Part shown: piece by piece, positions 10,901-23,062 of the stretch
How the letters are laid out: each line of letters begins with the position of its first letter
Position numbering within the stretch: position 1 is the first letter of the stretch
Origin: Macrostomum hystrix
Taxonomy: Eukaryota; Animalia; Platyhelminthes
Length of the DNA stretch: 64,000 nucleotides
Assembly: GCA_950097015.1 (NCBI GenBank)
Contig: CATNEN010000038.1
Coordinates: 12,090,001 to 12,154,000 of the forward strand
Direction of reading: 5' to 3'
Position numbers and translations under genes: made by a program
The notes under the pieces: generated by a model
Database searches by the model: none
What the model was told of the DNA's origin: nothing
The model's input: the letters and a program-made list of their open reading frames with translations, nothing else

Positions 10901-11937
10901 ATCGTCTTAAACAGGTTTCCAGGAATCGTGAATCGTCTTAAACAGGTTTCCAGGAATCATCAATCATCTTCAACAGATTTCTAGGAATAGTGAATCATCT
11001 TCCGTCCGAGATTTTTCCTCTGTTGTTAATTTTTGCCAACCCTAATACCTGCCTCAGGAGCCAGCCCGCCAGACCGCCCCAGCCAAGGAGGTGCTGCAGT
11101 CCGCCCAACTCGCCCGCGCCTTCCTGCTGCGCGGCCTGCGCGTACACAAGCGCAGCCGCCGGCTGCTATTCGGCCTGCTGCGCCTCGAGTGCGACCTGAC
11201 CGTCTGGCTCAACCGGCAGGGCCGTGACGACCTGCCCGCAGCTGCTGGCATCGACGCCGACTCCGTGGCAGCCGGTGAGCCGGCCGCTCTGGTGCTGACC
11301 GCCCTACTGGAGACAGTCGCCGAGCCGCCCATTGCGGAGGATCGCGACCTGCTGGCCGGCATGCTGGCAACGGTGCGAGATTGCCCTGTGCTGGCCGAGC
11401 GCTTCCTTGACGACCTGGCAACTCGGCTGGAGAGGGCGCTGCAACATACTGAGGACTCTGACATGCCGTCCGCCGCTGCCGAAGCCGCCGCAGCTCCAGC
11501 GGATCCCGATGCTGAATCTCTGCGCCAACTTGACGCCGCCGAAGGACTGGAAGCTATCCGACAAGTTTGGACCGCCGTCAGGTTGGTTGCCATGCTGTCT
11601 CTGGGATGATTGGCTGCCGACACAAACAAGCGTTTGTACCCCTAACTAATCTGTTCTCAGGGACACCGCCGGGGTTCGAGTCCTGCGTCGCTACTGCGAG
11701 CTGGAGGCAGCCGCGGGCGCCGCCTCCGCAGCCAGGGTGCGTCGCGAGTTCGAACGCCTGGCCAGCAGATTGGGAGCCGGCTGTGTTGACTACTGGATCG
11801 CTTACTTGCATTTCGAGGACAGCTGGGGCGACTCGGCCCTGATTGGCCAGCTGGACTGGCGGGCTAGGAAGTTTCTGAGGCCGGAGCTGCTGAATGCGTA
11901 CAATGCGGCGAGACTGTGCCCTCAGATTGCTGGCTGA
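7958..11937 (+). CDS. UTP6: U3 snoRNA-associated protein 6 homolog (HAT-repeat SSU processome factor), ~461 aa
   Basis: Exons 7958-8140, 8929-9330, 11058-11581 and 11661-11937 are joined by GT-AG introns in phase. N-terminus MAEFAEEQLEQQLPELQEL...NFEYRLQKR...DYQAYAQHE matches the UTP6 N-terminal domain. HAT-like motifs EDLWLAAADW, ARAFLLRGLRVH and DYWIAYLHFE. Confidence 0.88.
8188..8770 (+). mobile_element. tRNA-derived SINE family A copy interrupted by a family B SINE
   Basis: A box TAGCCTAGTGG, B box AGTTCGATTCT and body CAGCTGTTAAATGGGTACC are colinear with 24287-24591. The 3' end GGGGCAGGTG resumes at ~8739, after the insert. Confidence 0.85.
8466..8732 (+). mobile_element. tRNA-derived SINE family B, nested in SINE A
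   Basis: A box TGGCAGAGTGG, B box GAGTTCGATTCC, (ATT)n tail. Target-site-duplication (TSD)-like CCGATCAGG (8457-8465) and CCGATCGGG (8733-8741). Confidence 0.82.
9811..11000. repeat. 31-bp minisatellite in UTP6 intron 2 (GTGAATCGTCTTCAACAGGTTTCTAGGAATC)
   Basis: Tandem units are visible. Confidence 0.95.
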
Positions 11938-12325
11938 CCCCCCGGAGCTTGTGAAATCCAAGAAGCAATCTAAAATACACAGCTTTCATGTTACCTTTAA
12001 TCAACAAGTCAGACATTTGGTTTACAAATTTGGCGCCTCAGTGTAAACAGCTTCTTGCTTTTTCTTTCTCTGCCCAAAGGCTGGATCTAAAGTTCTAAAC
12101 CTACATAAATACCTGAATTGATGGTTTAGAGGTTTAACAATAGGACCAGCAAGCCATTTTGCCGCCCGTTTTTATACCAAAGGGGAGAATTTCCCCTTTT
12201 CTTGATTCTTGATTTCTGAAAAAAACTGGCTGTGCCTGAATGCTAGCAGCGTTGGGTGGGGACTGATTGGTTGACAGACTAGACGCTGTTGTACTGTGCT
12301 TGAGCTGCGCCTAATATTTAGGCTT

Positions 12326-12645
12326 GATCAATGAAATTGGAGAAATTCGCGACAGCGTGTCCATTGTGACCTATTTCCACCTTTTGTAGCCCTTTGAAGG
12401 TCCAGCAGTCCGTCTAGATAAAGGTAGGTCACCACCGAAGACGGAGATGATGCAGGCACATTCGGGTGGCATGCTAAGAAATTTTGAATGCCTGGCAAGG
12501 CCGTACTGAGGCGCAATGCAATAGGGGTGTATGAAAATTAAATATCTCGTCAGACTGAAGAGCTGGCGACTTGATTCTTGTTTCAGAAAATGCGCAAGAA
12601 AAAGTTGCTTCGTGTGCTTGCGTTGCTTCGTTTGGGTGCAGCGCA
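12326..12645 (-). repeat. Dispersed ~300-bp repeat (second copy at 41450-41740, opposite orientation); probable degenerate mobile element
   Basis: Shared blocks CTGAAACAAGAATCAAGTCGCCAGCTCTTCAG and CACCCGAATGTGCCTGCATCATCTCCGTCTTCGGTGGT. Confidence 0.85.
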
Positions 12646-12669
12646 AAAAAATGTCAGGGGGTGAGGGAA

Positions 12670-14060
12670 GGTGTGAAACGAGGCGGTGGGGAGGGAAGGT
12701 GTTAAAACGAGGCTGTTGGGATGGAGGGTGTTGAAACGAGGCTGTTGGGATGGAGGGTGTGAAACGAGGCTGTTGGGATGGAGGGTGTGAAACGAGGCTG
12801 TTGGGATGGAGGGTGTGAAACGAGGCTGTTGGGATGGAGGGTGTGAAACGAGGCGTTAGGGAGGGAGGGAAGGTGTTAAAACGAGGCTGGTAAACGGATG
12901 GTGTGAAACGAGGGGTGGGGAGGGCAGGTGTGAAACGAGGCGGTGGGGAGGGAGGGTGTGAAACGAGGCGGTGGGGAGGGATGGTGTGAAACGAGGCGGT
13001 GGGGAGGGATGGTGTGAAACGAGGCGGTGGGGAGGGAGGGTGTGAAACGAGGCGGTGGGGAGGGAGGATGTGAAACGAGGCGGTGGGGAGGGAGGATGTG
13101 AAACGAGGCGGTGGGGAGGGAGGATGTGAAACGAGGCGGTGGGGAGGGAGGGTGTGAAACGAGGCGGTGGGGAGGGGTGGTGTGAAACGAGGCGGTGGGG
13201 AGGGAGGATGTGAAACGAGGCGGTGGGGAGGGAGGATGTGAAACGAGGCGGTGGGGAGGGAGGGTGTGAAACGAGGCGGTGGGGAGGGATGGTGTGAAAC
13301 GAGGCGGTGGGGAGGGAGGATGTGAAACGAGGCGGTGGGGAGGGAGGATGTGAAACGAGGCGGTGGGGAGGGAGGGTGTGAAACGAGGCGGTGGGGAGGG
13401 ATGGTGTGAAACGAGGCGGTGTGGAGGGAGGATGTGAAACGAGGCGGTGGGGAGGGATGGTGTGAAACGAGGCGGTGGGGAGGGAGGGTGTGAAACGAGG
13501 CGGTGGGGAGGGATGGTGTGAAACGAGGCGGTGGGGAGGGAGGATGTGAAACGAGGCGGTGGGGAGGGAGGATGTGAAACGAGGCGGTGGGGAGGGAGGA
13601 TGTGAAACGAGGCGGTGGGGAGGGAGGGTGTGAAACGAGGCGGTGGGGAGGGATGGTGTGAAACGAGGCGGTGGGGAGGGAGGATGTGAAACGAGGCGGT
13701 GGGGAGGGAGGATGTGAAACGAGGCGGTGGGGAGGGAGGGTGTGAAACGAGGCGGTGGGGAGGGATGGTGTGAAACGAGGCGGTGGGGAGGGAGGATGTG
13801 AAACGAGGCGGTGGGGAGGGAGGATGTGAAACGAGGCGGTGGGGAGGGAGGATGTGAAACGAGGCGGTGGGGAGGGAGGATTTGAAAGGAGGCGGTGGGG
13901 ATGGAGGATGTGAAACGAGGCGGTGGGGAGGGAGGGTGTGAAACGTGGCGGTTGGGTGGGAGGGTGGGAAATGAGACGGTGGGGAGAGAGGGTATGAATT
14001 GAGACGTTGGGGAGAGAGGGTATGAATTGAGACGGTGGGGAGGGAGGGTGTGAAAAAAGG
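12670..14060. repeat. 28-bp G-rich minisatellite (TGAAACGAGGCGGTGGGGAGGGAGGRTG)
   Basis: Tandem units are visible and explain the 567-aa Pro/His/Ser pseudo-ORF. Confidence 0.96.
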
Positions 14061-14595
14061 GAGGGCGGGTACAAAGTGTGAGAAATAAAGAGTGGAAGGA
14101 AGAAGAGGTTTTTCCGGTGACTGATCTACGTACTAGGCAGTGGTACTCGTTCGTTATGGCAGCTTTGGATGCACCTTCAATTTAATTCAGAAATTTTGCA
14201 GTTTAATAAGATTATATTTGAGATTGTGTTTTTTTGTTTCTCTCTTCTTTGCCTCATGATTTTGTCAGCTCGACAATATACGTCGTAGCTCGACATTGTT
14301 ACAATAAAGTGCACATGTGAATCAGTAAATTTTCTCGCATGCAGTAACAAAAATTAATTTATTTGAACTTCGAGACAGTTTGAATAACAAATTACTAAAA
14401 GCACAAAGTATGCAGTTAGTACGAACAAAATAATTAATATTTATGTGGTCGCTGGTCGCATTGCCAGTGAATGTAAACAGAGATTAGACAATTTGATGTC
14501 AGAATTAAAATAATTCACCTGAACACACGTGCATTAAAAACACGGAAGATAGCAAAAAGATATTCTGTTCTTAACAATAACTGAGCAATTCTTAA

Positions 14596-14748
14596 CTGAA
14601 GGGTGTACACTGCCTGGCGATGAGAAAGTCAGCGCAGATGTACACGCCTGGGTGGCTGAGTCTATGCACAGGAGTCAGCGGAAAGTTGCATGCGGGTCGG
14701 CTATCACCAAATAATGTGCCATTGCCCACAGCCCTTATTTATTATTTT
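14596..14748 (+). mobile_element. SINE family B, 3' half
   Basis: GTGTACACTGCCTGGCGATGAGAAAGTCAG...AGGAGTCAGC...TGCCCACAGCCC plus an (ATT) tail, homologous to the other B copies. Confidence 0.7.
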
Positions 14749-14762
14749 TAGCGCTCCTTTAT

Positions 14763-14930
14763 GGAGTTGTATCCTAGTGGTTAGAGCGTTGGACTCACGA
14801 CTTAAAGGTCGGAGGTTCGATTCCCGACTCCACTAGAACTAATTGTGTTCTTTAGCAAGACACTTAACTGTGTGCATTGCTTCAGTTCACCCAGCTGTTA
14901 AATGGGTCCCAGCGTTAGTTTGGGCAATTT
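14763..14930 (+). mobile_element. SINE family A, 3'-truncated
   Basis: tRNA-like head with GGTTCGATTCCCGACTCCACT and CACCCAGCTGTTAAATGGG, as in the 24287 copy. Confidence 0.82.
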
Positions 14931-15213
14931 AGTGTGTAATATAAACGTTTTTTCTGAAAAAGGTAGATTTTAAGTCGCCGATACTAACCATGCAACAGAT
15001 TAGTTTCAGTTTTCCGTAAAAATTAACAAGGTTCATTTTGGCACACATGATATTAAGGCTCTTCAATTCATCTTAATAAATATAATGGCATCGAGATAAA
15101 AAATATTTTTATGTAAAATTTTAATAAACTCTTTTTATCTCTATTTAACAAATCAACGAAGCATTTTATACCTTAGTGAAAGAAGTTCTAGAAAACAAAT
15201 TTTCCATAGCCAA

Positions 15214-18200
15214 TCAGCGACCTCTGAGCACCTTCTCAAGTCCGATTAGCGGCGCTTCAAACATCAGCGAGGCCACAAAGGCCGCCATGTAAGCCAACAT
15301 TGCGTTTCCGAAGAATGCGTGGATCACAGAGAAATTGTCCCACACCAAGCCCTGCCTGCGGCTCAGATAGTAGGCCATCATCACCACCGGGTGCACCAGG
15401 TAGGCGCAGTAGGTCAGTCTGGACAAAGGAGCGAATAGCGGCTGCGAGAGCAGGCTGTTCACCCAGCCGCCGTTGCCAGTGACGCAGGCCACCGTTACCC
15501 AGGCAACGGCCGCGGCCCAAACTGGCCGATAGACGGCGTTGTAGAGCGAGGCCACGTCCTGGGACAGCTTAACACGGCCGCCGTCGACATCGTAGAGTCC
15601 GTAGGCGACGCTGAGGGCGGCTCCGGCTGCCAGAAGCCAGCCGAGCACAATGATCAGTCTGCGAGCAGAAAACAGGTTAAATTGTTTATCTGACAGGTGA
15701 GAATGTTATCTGACAGGTGAAAATGTTATCTGACAGGTGTAGATTCACTCTAATAGGTTTACATTCACTCCAACAGGTGTACATTCACTCCAACAGGTAT
15801 AGATTCACTCCAGGCTCACCTGTGAGGTCGCCAGCGCCTGCCATCAAGTCGGTGCAGCGCGTAGCCTGCCAGCACGCCCACCAGGTAGGGGGTGACGCGG
15901 AACCAGGGCTTGATGTAGATGCCGCTGAATTCTTGCATGATGCCAAAGAAGCCAACATTGAGACTGTTCATTGTGCTGTGAATGCCCATGGCCGTGACTG
16001 AGGCCAGCAGGAGGGCGAAGGTCGCGCCGATGCCCAGTGCGGGCTTGAAGGCCAGCAGCCCGAATAGAATGGGGCTGACAACGTAGAACTGCATATCATT
16101 GGCCAGGTACCACGACCAGCCCATGCACTGCGGTGTGGAGTTTGGCAGTTTGACAGCTATTGGTAATGTGTGACAGGTAAAAGCTTAGTCTAACAGGTAA
16201 AGTCTTGGTCTAACAGGTAAAGGCTTAGTCTAACAGGTAAAGGCTTAGTCTAACAGGTAAAGGCTTGGTCTAACAGGTAAAGGCTTAGTCTAACAGGTAA
16301 AGTCTTGGTCTAACAGGTAAAGGCTTAGTCTAACAGGTAAAGCCTTAGTCTAACAGGTAAATCCTATCTAACAGGTAAAGCCTATCTAACAGGTAAAGCC
16401 TATCTAACAGGTAAAGCCTATCTAACAGGTAAAGCATATCTAACAGGTAAAGCCTATCTAACAGGTAAAGCCTATCTAACAGGTAAAGCCTATCTAACCT
16501 ACCTATCTAAATGTTTCCTAAAGACTATTAATTCTCCATAGTATCAGTTCTGCATCTTAGAGTCCATGGACTAGGTCAGGTGCTTGAGATTATTATTTTA
16601 ACAAATTCAATTTTCTAAACAAATCGTGCAGGTCCTCACCCCGGCGCCGGAATCAGCGGAGAACAGGTTATTGATGTAGAGCGCATTCTTCCACCAGTCT
16701 GTTGGGCACTGCGAATCGATGCCGCTGGGCGCCTGCGGATACAGAGGCCCCTCGTAGACGTACTGGAATAGGCTGACGTAGGTTGCCATGACCAGCAGGT
16801 AGGGTGGGGTCAGGCGCCAGTACCTGTGCACGTAGAACATCAGCCAGTTGATCTTGCCCAAACCGCCGCCGAGTCGTTTCAATTCGCGAAAGAACAAATA
16901 AGTTGAGAGCAGGCCGCTGAGAACGAAGAAGCTGTCCACGGACACTGTGGCATTGGCGATCACCTGGAAGGTCCAGTCGTTCTGCCAGCCGGTGTACAAT
17001 TGCACCATGTTGTTGATGGAGCCGAATGCAAAATAGTAGGTGTGGCCAAGAATCACCCAGGACATCGAAAGGAAGCGCAGTCCGTGCACGCAGGTCAGGG
17101 TGCCCTCCGAGTGGCTCACGTCAACAATCTTGCGGGCGTTGGTGTACATCGAGAAGCACAGTAGCAGCCGCAAAAGCATGTCTGAGGGGATGGCATTGAA
17201 AAGTTTTACAGGTTGTTAAAGGGGATCAGGAGAATCGGATGGGATGATTTGATGGGATAATTGGATGGGATAATTGGATAGGATAATTGGCTGGGATAAT
17301 TGGATGGGATGATTGGATGGGATAATTGGATGGGATAATTGGATGGGATAATCGGATGGGATGATTTGATGGGATAATTGGATAGGATAATTGGCTGGGA
17401 TAATTGGATGGGATGATTGGATGGGATAATTGGCTGGGATAATTGGATGGGATGATTGGATGGGAAGATTGTATGGGATAATTAGATGGGATAATTAGAT
17501 GTGATAATTAGATGGGTCATTGGATGGGATACTTGGGTGGGAAGATTGGATGAAATGGGATAATTGGGTGCAATGATAGGATGGGATGATTACATGAAAA
17601 AAACCAAAAAATGGATCGAACAGGTGAGGAAACTAAGCTTAAAAAGGAATTTTTAAGTTTAAGAAGAAAATGTGATAAAAGTACTCACGCGGTCTGTCAG
17701 CGGCGATGCTGCCCTCACTGGCAGCTCGAGGACCTCCGTTGGCAACTCCATTGGCCAGTTCGTTGGCTCGGTGCTCGCTACCGACAGTCGGCTCGTCGTC
17801 GGCCTCATTAACCAGCAGCTGCTTGCCGGAGTTCAGCATGCCGCGACACGTCAGCCGGTAGGCCCGAGCAACGTCGTATGCTGTTCCAAGCAGCATCAGG
17901 CTGCCGAATACGCACAGCAGGATCCTGTCAAGTGGGGTTGCGGAGTGAATCACGTGACAGCGAGCCATGCCTCAGTAGGGGTTGCGGAGTGAATCACGTG
18001 ACACCGAGCCATGCCTCAGTAGGGGTTGCGGAGTGAATCACGTGACAGCGAGCCATGCCTCAGTAGGGGTTGCGGAGTGAATCACGCAGCCTTTGGAAGC
18101 ACCTCGCATTAGCTACAGCTGTGCAACTAAGTGTACATCTGACACAAAAGCGCCAGATGAATTTCCTATATTACCTCTCTGTTAATTCTATTTACAAAGC

Positions 18201-20148
18201 TTGCCAAAATCTGATAATCTAGACACGAAACCAAAACACTAACAGTACACAAACTTTTTCCTTCACAATTAATGAGACTTCACATTCTTCACGTGCGAAA
18301 TAATATTTTGTCAATCTCTGGAATTGTGCCAAAAATTTAAATCCAGAAATCTCGCCTTACGATTCTACTAGCTTAGTCTCACCTGACAAATCTACAAAAT
18401 CTCACACTACAAATCTCCAAAATCTCACCCTAAAAATCTACAAAATCTCACCCTACAAATCTCCAAAATCTCACCCTAAAAATCTACAATATTTCACCCT
18501 ACAAATCTACAAAATCCCACCCTACACATCTACTAAATCTCACACTACACATCTACAAAATCTCACCCTGCAATTATAAAAAATATTATCCTACAAATCT
18601 AAAATGTAAAATTTCAAGTCGTTACGTCATGCCGATAGCCGCGGATGTCCACGGCAGCTGGGCCCTCGGCCTGTGGCACTGCGTCGCCTGCGGTATGACA
18701 ACCAGGGACCGGTTAGTCGGCAGCAGCATCTGCAGCGGGCTGAGCAGCAACTGGGTGAGGTTGGTCACCTGCTCTGCTGAGCAGCTATCCGGCCAGCAGA
18801 GACCGAGCCGGAGGGCGCTTGACTCGAGCCCGCCGGCTGTCCGGCTGGACCCGCCAGTCTCGGCGACAGCCGTCAGGCAGTAGGATCCGCGAATCGGCAG
18901 CCGGCCGCGGCTGGCGTCGTTGATGACGATCGGATCGGAGCGGCCAACGGCCATGCACTGATCGTAGTTGCCGAGCCACAGCAGGGCGCCGTAGGCAAGG
19001 GCGGCTGGGGGCTTGGCGTCAGAGTCCAGGACTGGGGGGTCGGGTGCGGTGGAGTGTCACGTGACTATTATTTAAAGCGATACTCACGTGACTTTGTCAA
19101 GAAACTCAAAATAATCACGTGACTTGAACTTGAATAATTAAAATCGATACTCACGTGACTTGTTTAAAATAATCCGTCAAGAACCACTTAAAATTAAATT
19201 TTAACATTAAGTCACGTAACTTAAATGCCAAACAAGTCACGTGAGTATCGATTAGTACGATTAGTAGTAGTCGTAATTATTACTACTAATTATTACTACT
19301 TATTAGTACGATTCGATCGATACCGCAAATTTAAACTAATTAAATGGATACTCACGTGACTTCTTTCGAAAAGTTCTGTCAAGAATCATCTGACTTGAAT
19401 TTAAGTAAATTGTATCTATTCTCACGCAACTTTTTGTACACAAATAAGATCGATGATCACGTGACATTTTGTAAACACATAGAATCTATTGTTAAGAGGC
19501 TTGTTAGAAAATTCGGAACGAAAGTAATTACGCGAATTTTTTTAGTCGGGGTGGGGGTAGAGTTTGGGAGCTATCGTTTAGTAGGCAGTGAGTATTTAAA
19601 ATACCCCTGAGTAGTAATCTCCGCTGTTTTAAACTAAAAGCTAGGATTTCACAATGGAAAGTCTAACAATTAAAAAAAGTCCAATAACGATAGTCTGTGA
19701 TTATAGCTAGTAATTAAATACTAGATTGAAAGGGTAAATATTAGACCGAGATTCACTCACACTTCAAGGCCCAGGTCTCGCGTTTCACCAGAGCGTTAAA
19801 GAATGCCACCGTATGGTTGGCGCATGCCGATATTGTCCTATTGCCATCTCCGGCGACAACAGAAAATGCGTCACCGGTTGGCTTGACAACGCCCTGTCCT
19901 TCTAGAAAATGTTGCATAGCTTTCAAGAGGCCCTCCCTCAGGCTGTCCGCAGACATTAGGCGAGTCAGGGCTTCTTTGGACAGCTGCGACACACTCATTG
20001 ACTCCGACTCAAGCTCTACGGTGGATCTTGCGTGAGCCAGTCGGCTGCCAAACGACGCATAGTTGACTCCGACATTTCCTACAGCGGTGGCCGATGTAGC
20101 CAGCAGCAGCAGCAGCGATAATGGACCGGCTGGAATCTTGAACAGCAT
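15214..20148 (-). CDS. nrf-6: NRF-6-like / O-acyltransferase-like protein (signal peptide, NRF domain, acyltransferase-3 domain), ~774 aa
   Basis: Exons 20148-19761, 19031-18626, 17924-17689, 17181-16640, 16127-15820 and 15658-15214, all GT-AG and in phase. Motifs WALKFLDS..WLGNYDQC, GLCWPDSCS, HGLRFLSMSWVILGH, VDSFFVLSG, HRYWRLTP, WSWYLANDMQFY and PLSRLTYCAYLVH. Confidence 0.92.
15686..15812. repeat. Short 20-bp tandem repeat in nrf-6 intron 5 (CAGGTG core)
   Basis: TTATCTGACAGGTGA and ATTCACTCCAACAGGTGT units. Confidence 0.8.
16171..16500. repeat. 20-bp then 17-bp minisatellite (CTAACAGGTAAAG core) in nrf-6 intron 4
   Basis: Tandem units are visible. Confidence 0.93.
17235..17590. repeat. 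13-bp minisatellite (GGGATAATTGGAT) in nrf-6 intron 3
   Basis: Tandem units are visible. Confidence 0.9.
17934..18087. repeat. 44-bp tandem repeat (~3.5 units) next to the nrf-6 exon 3 acceptor
   Basis: GGGGTTGCGGAGTGAATCACGTGACAGCGAGCCATGCCTCAGTA repeated. Confidence 0.92.
18385..18602. repeat. ~21-bp minisatellite (AAATCTACAAAATCTCACCCTAC-like)
   Basis: Tandem units are visible. Confidence 0.85.
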
Positions 20149-20584
20149 TTCAAACTACAGGACTAAGATCCGGAGAAAGTAAAAAAAGTGGAGCGGTTTA
20201 GTGAGCACATACGGCAGCAGTTATAGCGAGCCAGTTATCAGGTGAGCTGGGCTGCCCTATACTTATCTACTTCTCCTACTCAGTTCGGGGTACTCAGTGT
20301 CGAGTCTATGTGCTCTAGCTAGTCTAGCTAGATAACACACTCTGCATTAGTGGAGAGCAGGGAGAGAGAGAGAGACTGAGAGTGTCTGTATCTGCGATGT
20401 ACTTTTATATCGACTAAGGCTAATGAAGAATTTTCTATTCTGTCTTTTTGCTTAGATATAATTAGTTCTGGCACAAGGTTAACAGCACGCAACGAGTGAC
20501 GTGGGATCTATTTTAGTGCGCGTGAGCGTGTATGACGAAGGGAATGCACGAAACGAATAGCACTGTGTTAGTGACACTGGACTT

Positions 20585-23062
20585 ATGGATTAGGCTCATT
20601 GGGATTAAATCATTGTGGATTAGGCTTGTTGGGATTTATTGATTTGTGGATTAGGCTCATTTGGATTAAATGATAGTGGATTAGGCTCATTTGGATTAAA
20701 TGATAGTGGATTAGGCTCATTTGGATTAAATGATAGTGGATTAGGCTCATTTGGATTAAATGATAGTGGATTAGGCTCATTTGGATTAAATGATAGTGGA
20801 TTAGGCTCATTTGGATTAAATGATAGTGGATTAGGCTCATTTGGATTAAATGATAGTGGATTAGGCTCATTGGGAATAAATGATTGTGGATTAGGCTTGT
20901 TGGGATTTATTGATTTGTGGATTAGGCTCATTTGGATTAAATGATAGTGGATTAGGCTCATTTGGATTAAATGATAGTGGATTAGGCTCATTGGGAATAA
21001 ATGATTGTGGATTAGGCTCATTGGGATTTATTGATTTGTGGATTAGGCTCATTGGGATTTATTGATTTGTGGATTAGGCTCATTGGGACTTATTGATTAG
21101 TGGATTAGGCTCATTTGGATTAAATGATTGTGGATTAGGCTCATTTGGATTAAATGATTGTGGATTAGGCTCATTTGGATTAAATGATAGTGGATTAGGC
21201 TCATTGGGATTTATTGATTTGTGGATTAGGCTCATTGGGACTTATTGATTTGTGGATTAGGCTCATTGGGAATAAATGATTGTGGATTAGGCTTGTTGGG
21301 ATTTATTGATTTGTGGATTAGGCTCATTTGGATTAAATGATAGTGGATTAGGCTCATTTGGATTAAATGATAGTGGATTAGGCTCATTGGGAATAAATGA
21401 TTGTGGATTAGGCTCATTGGGATTTATTGATTTGTGGATTAGGCTCATTGGGATTTATTGATTTGTGGATTAGGCTCATTGGGACTTATTGATTTGTGGA
21501 TTAGGCTCATTTGGATTAAATGATTGTGGATTAGGCTCATTTGGATTAAATGATAGTGGATTAGGCTCATTTGGATTAAATGATAGTGGATTAGGCTCAT
21601 TTGGATTAAATGATAGTGGATTAGGCTCATTTGGATTAAATGATAGTGGATTAGGCTCATTTGGATTAAATGATAGTGGATTAGGCTCATTTGGATTAAA
21701 TGATAGTGGATTAGGCTCATTGGGAATAAATGATTGTGGATTAGGCTTGTTGGGATTTATTGATTTGTGGATTAGGCTCATTTGGATTAAATGATAGTGG
21801 ATTAGGCTCATTTGGATTAAATGATAGTGGATTAGGCTCATTGGGAATAAATGATTGTGGATTAGGCTCATTGGGATTTATTGATTTGTGGATTAGGCTC
21901 ATTGGGATTTATTGATTTGTGGATTAGGCTCATTGGGACTTATTGATTAGTGGATTAGGCTCATTTGGATTAAATGATTGTGGATTAGGCTCATTTGGAT
22001 TAAATGATTGTGGATTAGGCTCATTTGGATTAAATGATAGTGGATTAGGCTCATTGGGATTTATTGATTTGTGGATTAGGCTCATTGGGACTTATTGATT
22101 TGTGGATTAGGCTCATTGGGAATAAATGATTGTGGATTAGGCTTGTTGGGATTTATTGATTTGTGGATTAGGCTCATTTGGATTAAATGATAGTGGATTA
22201 GGCTCATTTGGATTAAATGATAGTGGATTAGGCTCATTGGGAATAAATGATTGTGGATTAGGCTCATTGGGATTTATTGATTTGTGGATTAGGCTCATTG
22301 GGATTTATTGATTTGTGGATTAGGCTCATTGGGACTTATTGATTTGTGGATTAGGCTCATTTGGATTAAATGATTGTGGATTAGGCTCATTTGGATTAAA
22401 CGATAGTGGATTAGGCTCATTTGGATTAAATGATTGTGGATTAGGCTCATTGGGATTTATTGATTTGTGGATTAGGCTCATTGGGATTTATTGATTTGTG
22501 GATTAGGCTCATTGGGATTAAATGATTTGTGGAATAGGCTCATTGGGATTATTGATTTTTAGATAAGGCTCATTGGGATTTATTGATTTGTGGATTAGGC
22601 TCATTGGGATTTATTGATTTGTGGATTAGGCTCATTGGGACGTATTGATTAGTGGATTAGGCTCATTGGGATTTATTGATTTGTGGATTAGGCTCATTGG
22701 GATTAAATGATTGTGGATTAGGCTCATTGGGATTTATTGATTTGTGGATTAGGCTCATTGGGATTTATTGATTTGTGGATTAGGCTCATTGGGATTTATT
22801 GATTTGTGGATTAGGCTCATTGGGATTTATTGATTTGTGGATTAGGCTCATTGGGATTTATTGATTTGTGGATTAGGCTCATTGGGATTAAATGATTGTG
22901 GATTAGGCTTATTGGGATTAATGATTTGTGGATTAGGCGTATCGGAATTTCATTATTTGTTGATTAAGCGAATTGGGATTTAATTTTTTGTGGACTAGGC
23001 TCATTGGGATTTCAGAATTACGGATAAGCGAATAGGGATTTCATGATTTGTGGATTAGGTTT
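20585..23062. repeat. 30/31-bp minisatellite (GTGGATTAGGCTCATTTGGATTAAATGATA) with an 850-bp higher-order repeat
   Basis: Tandem units are visible. Near-identical pseudo-ORFs recur exactly 850 bp apart (20639/21489; 21232/22082). Confidence 0.96.

Noticed and set aside
12371-14074. 567-aa Pro/His-rich extensin-like ORF
   Set aside because: Translation of the 28-bp array. The 28-aa period cycles through all three frames of the unit.
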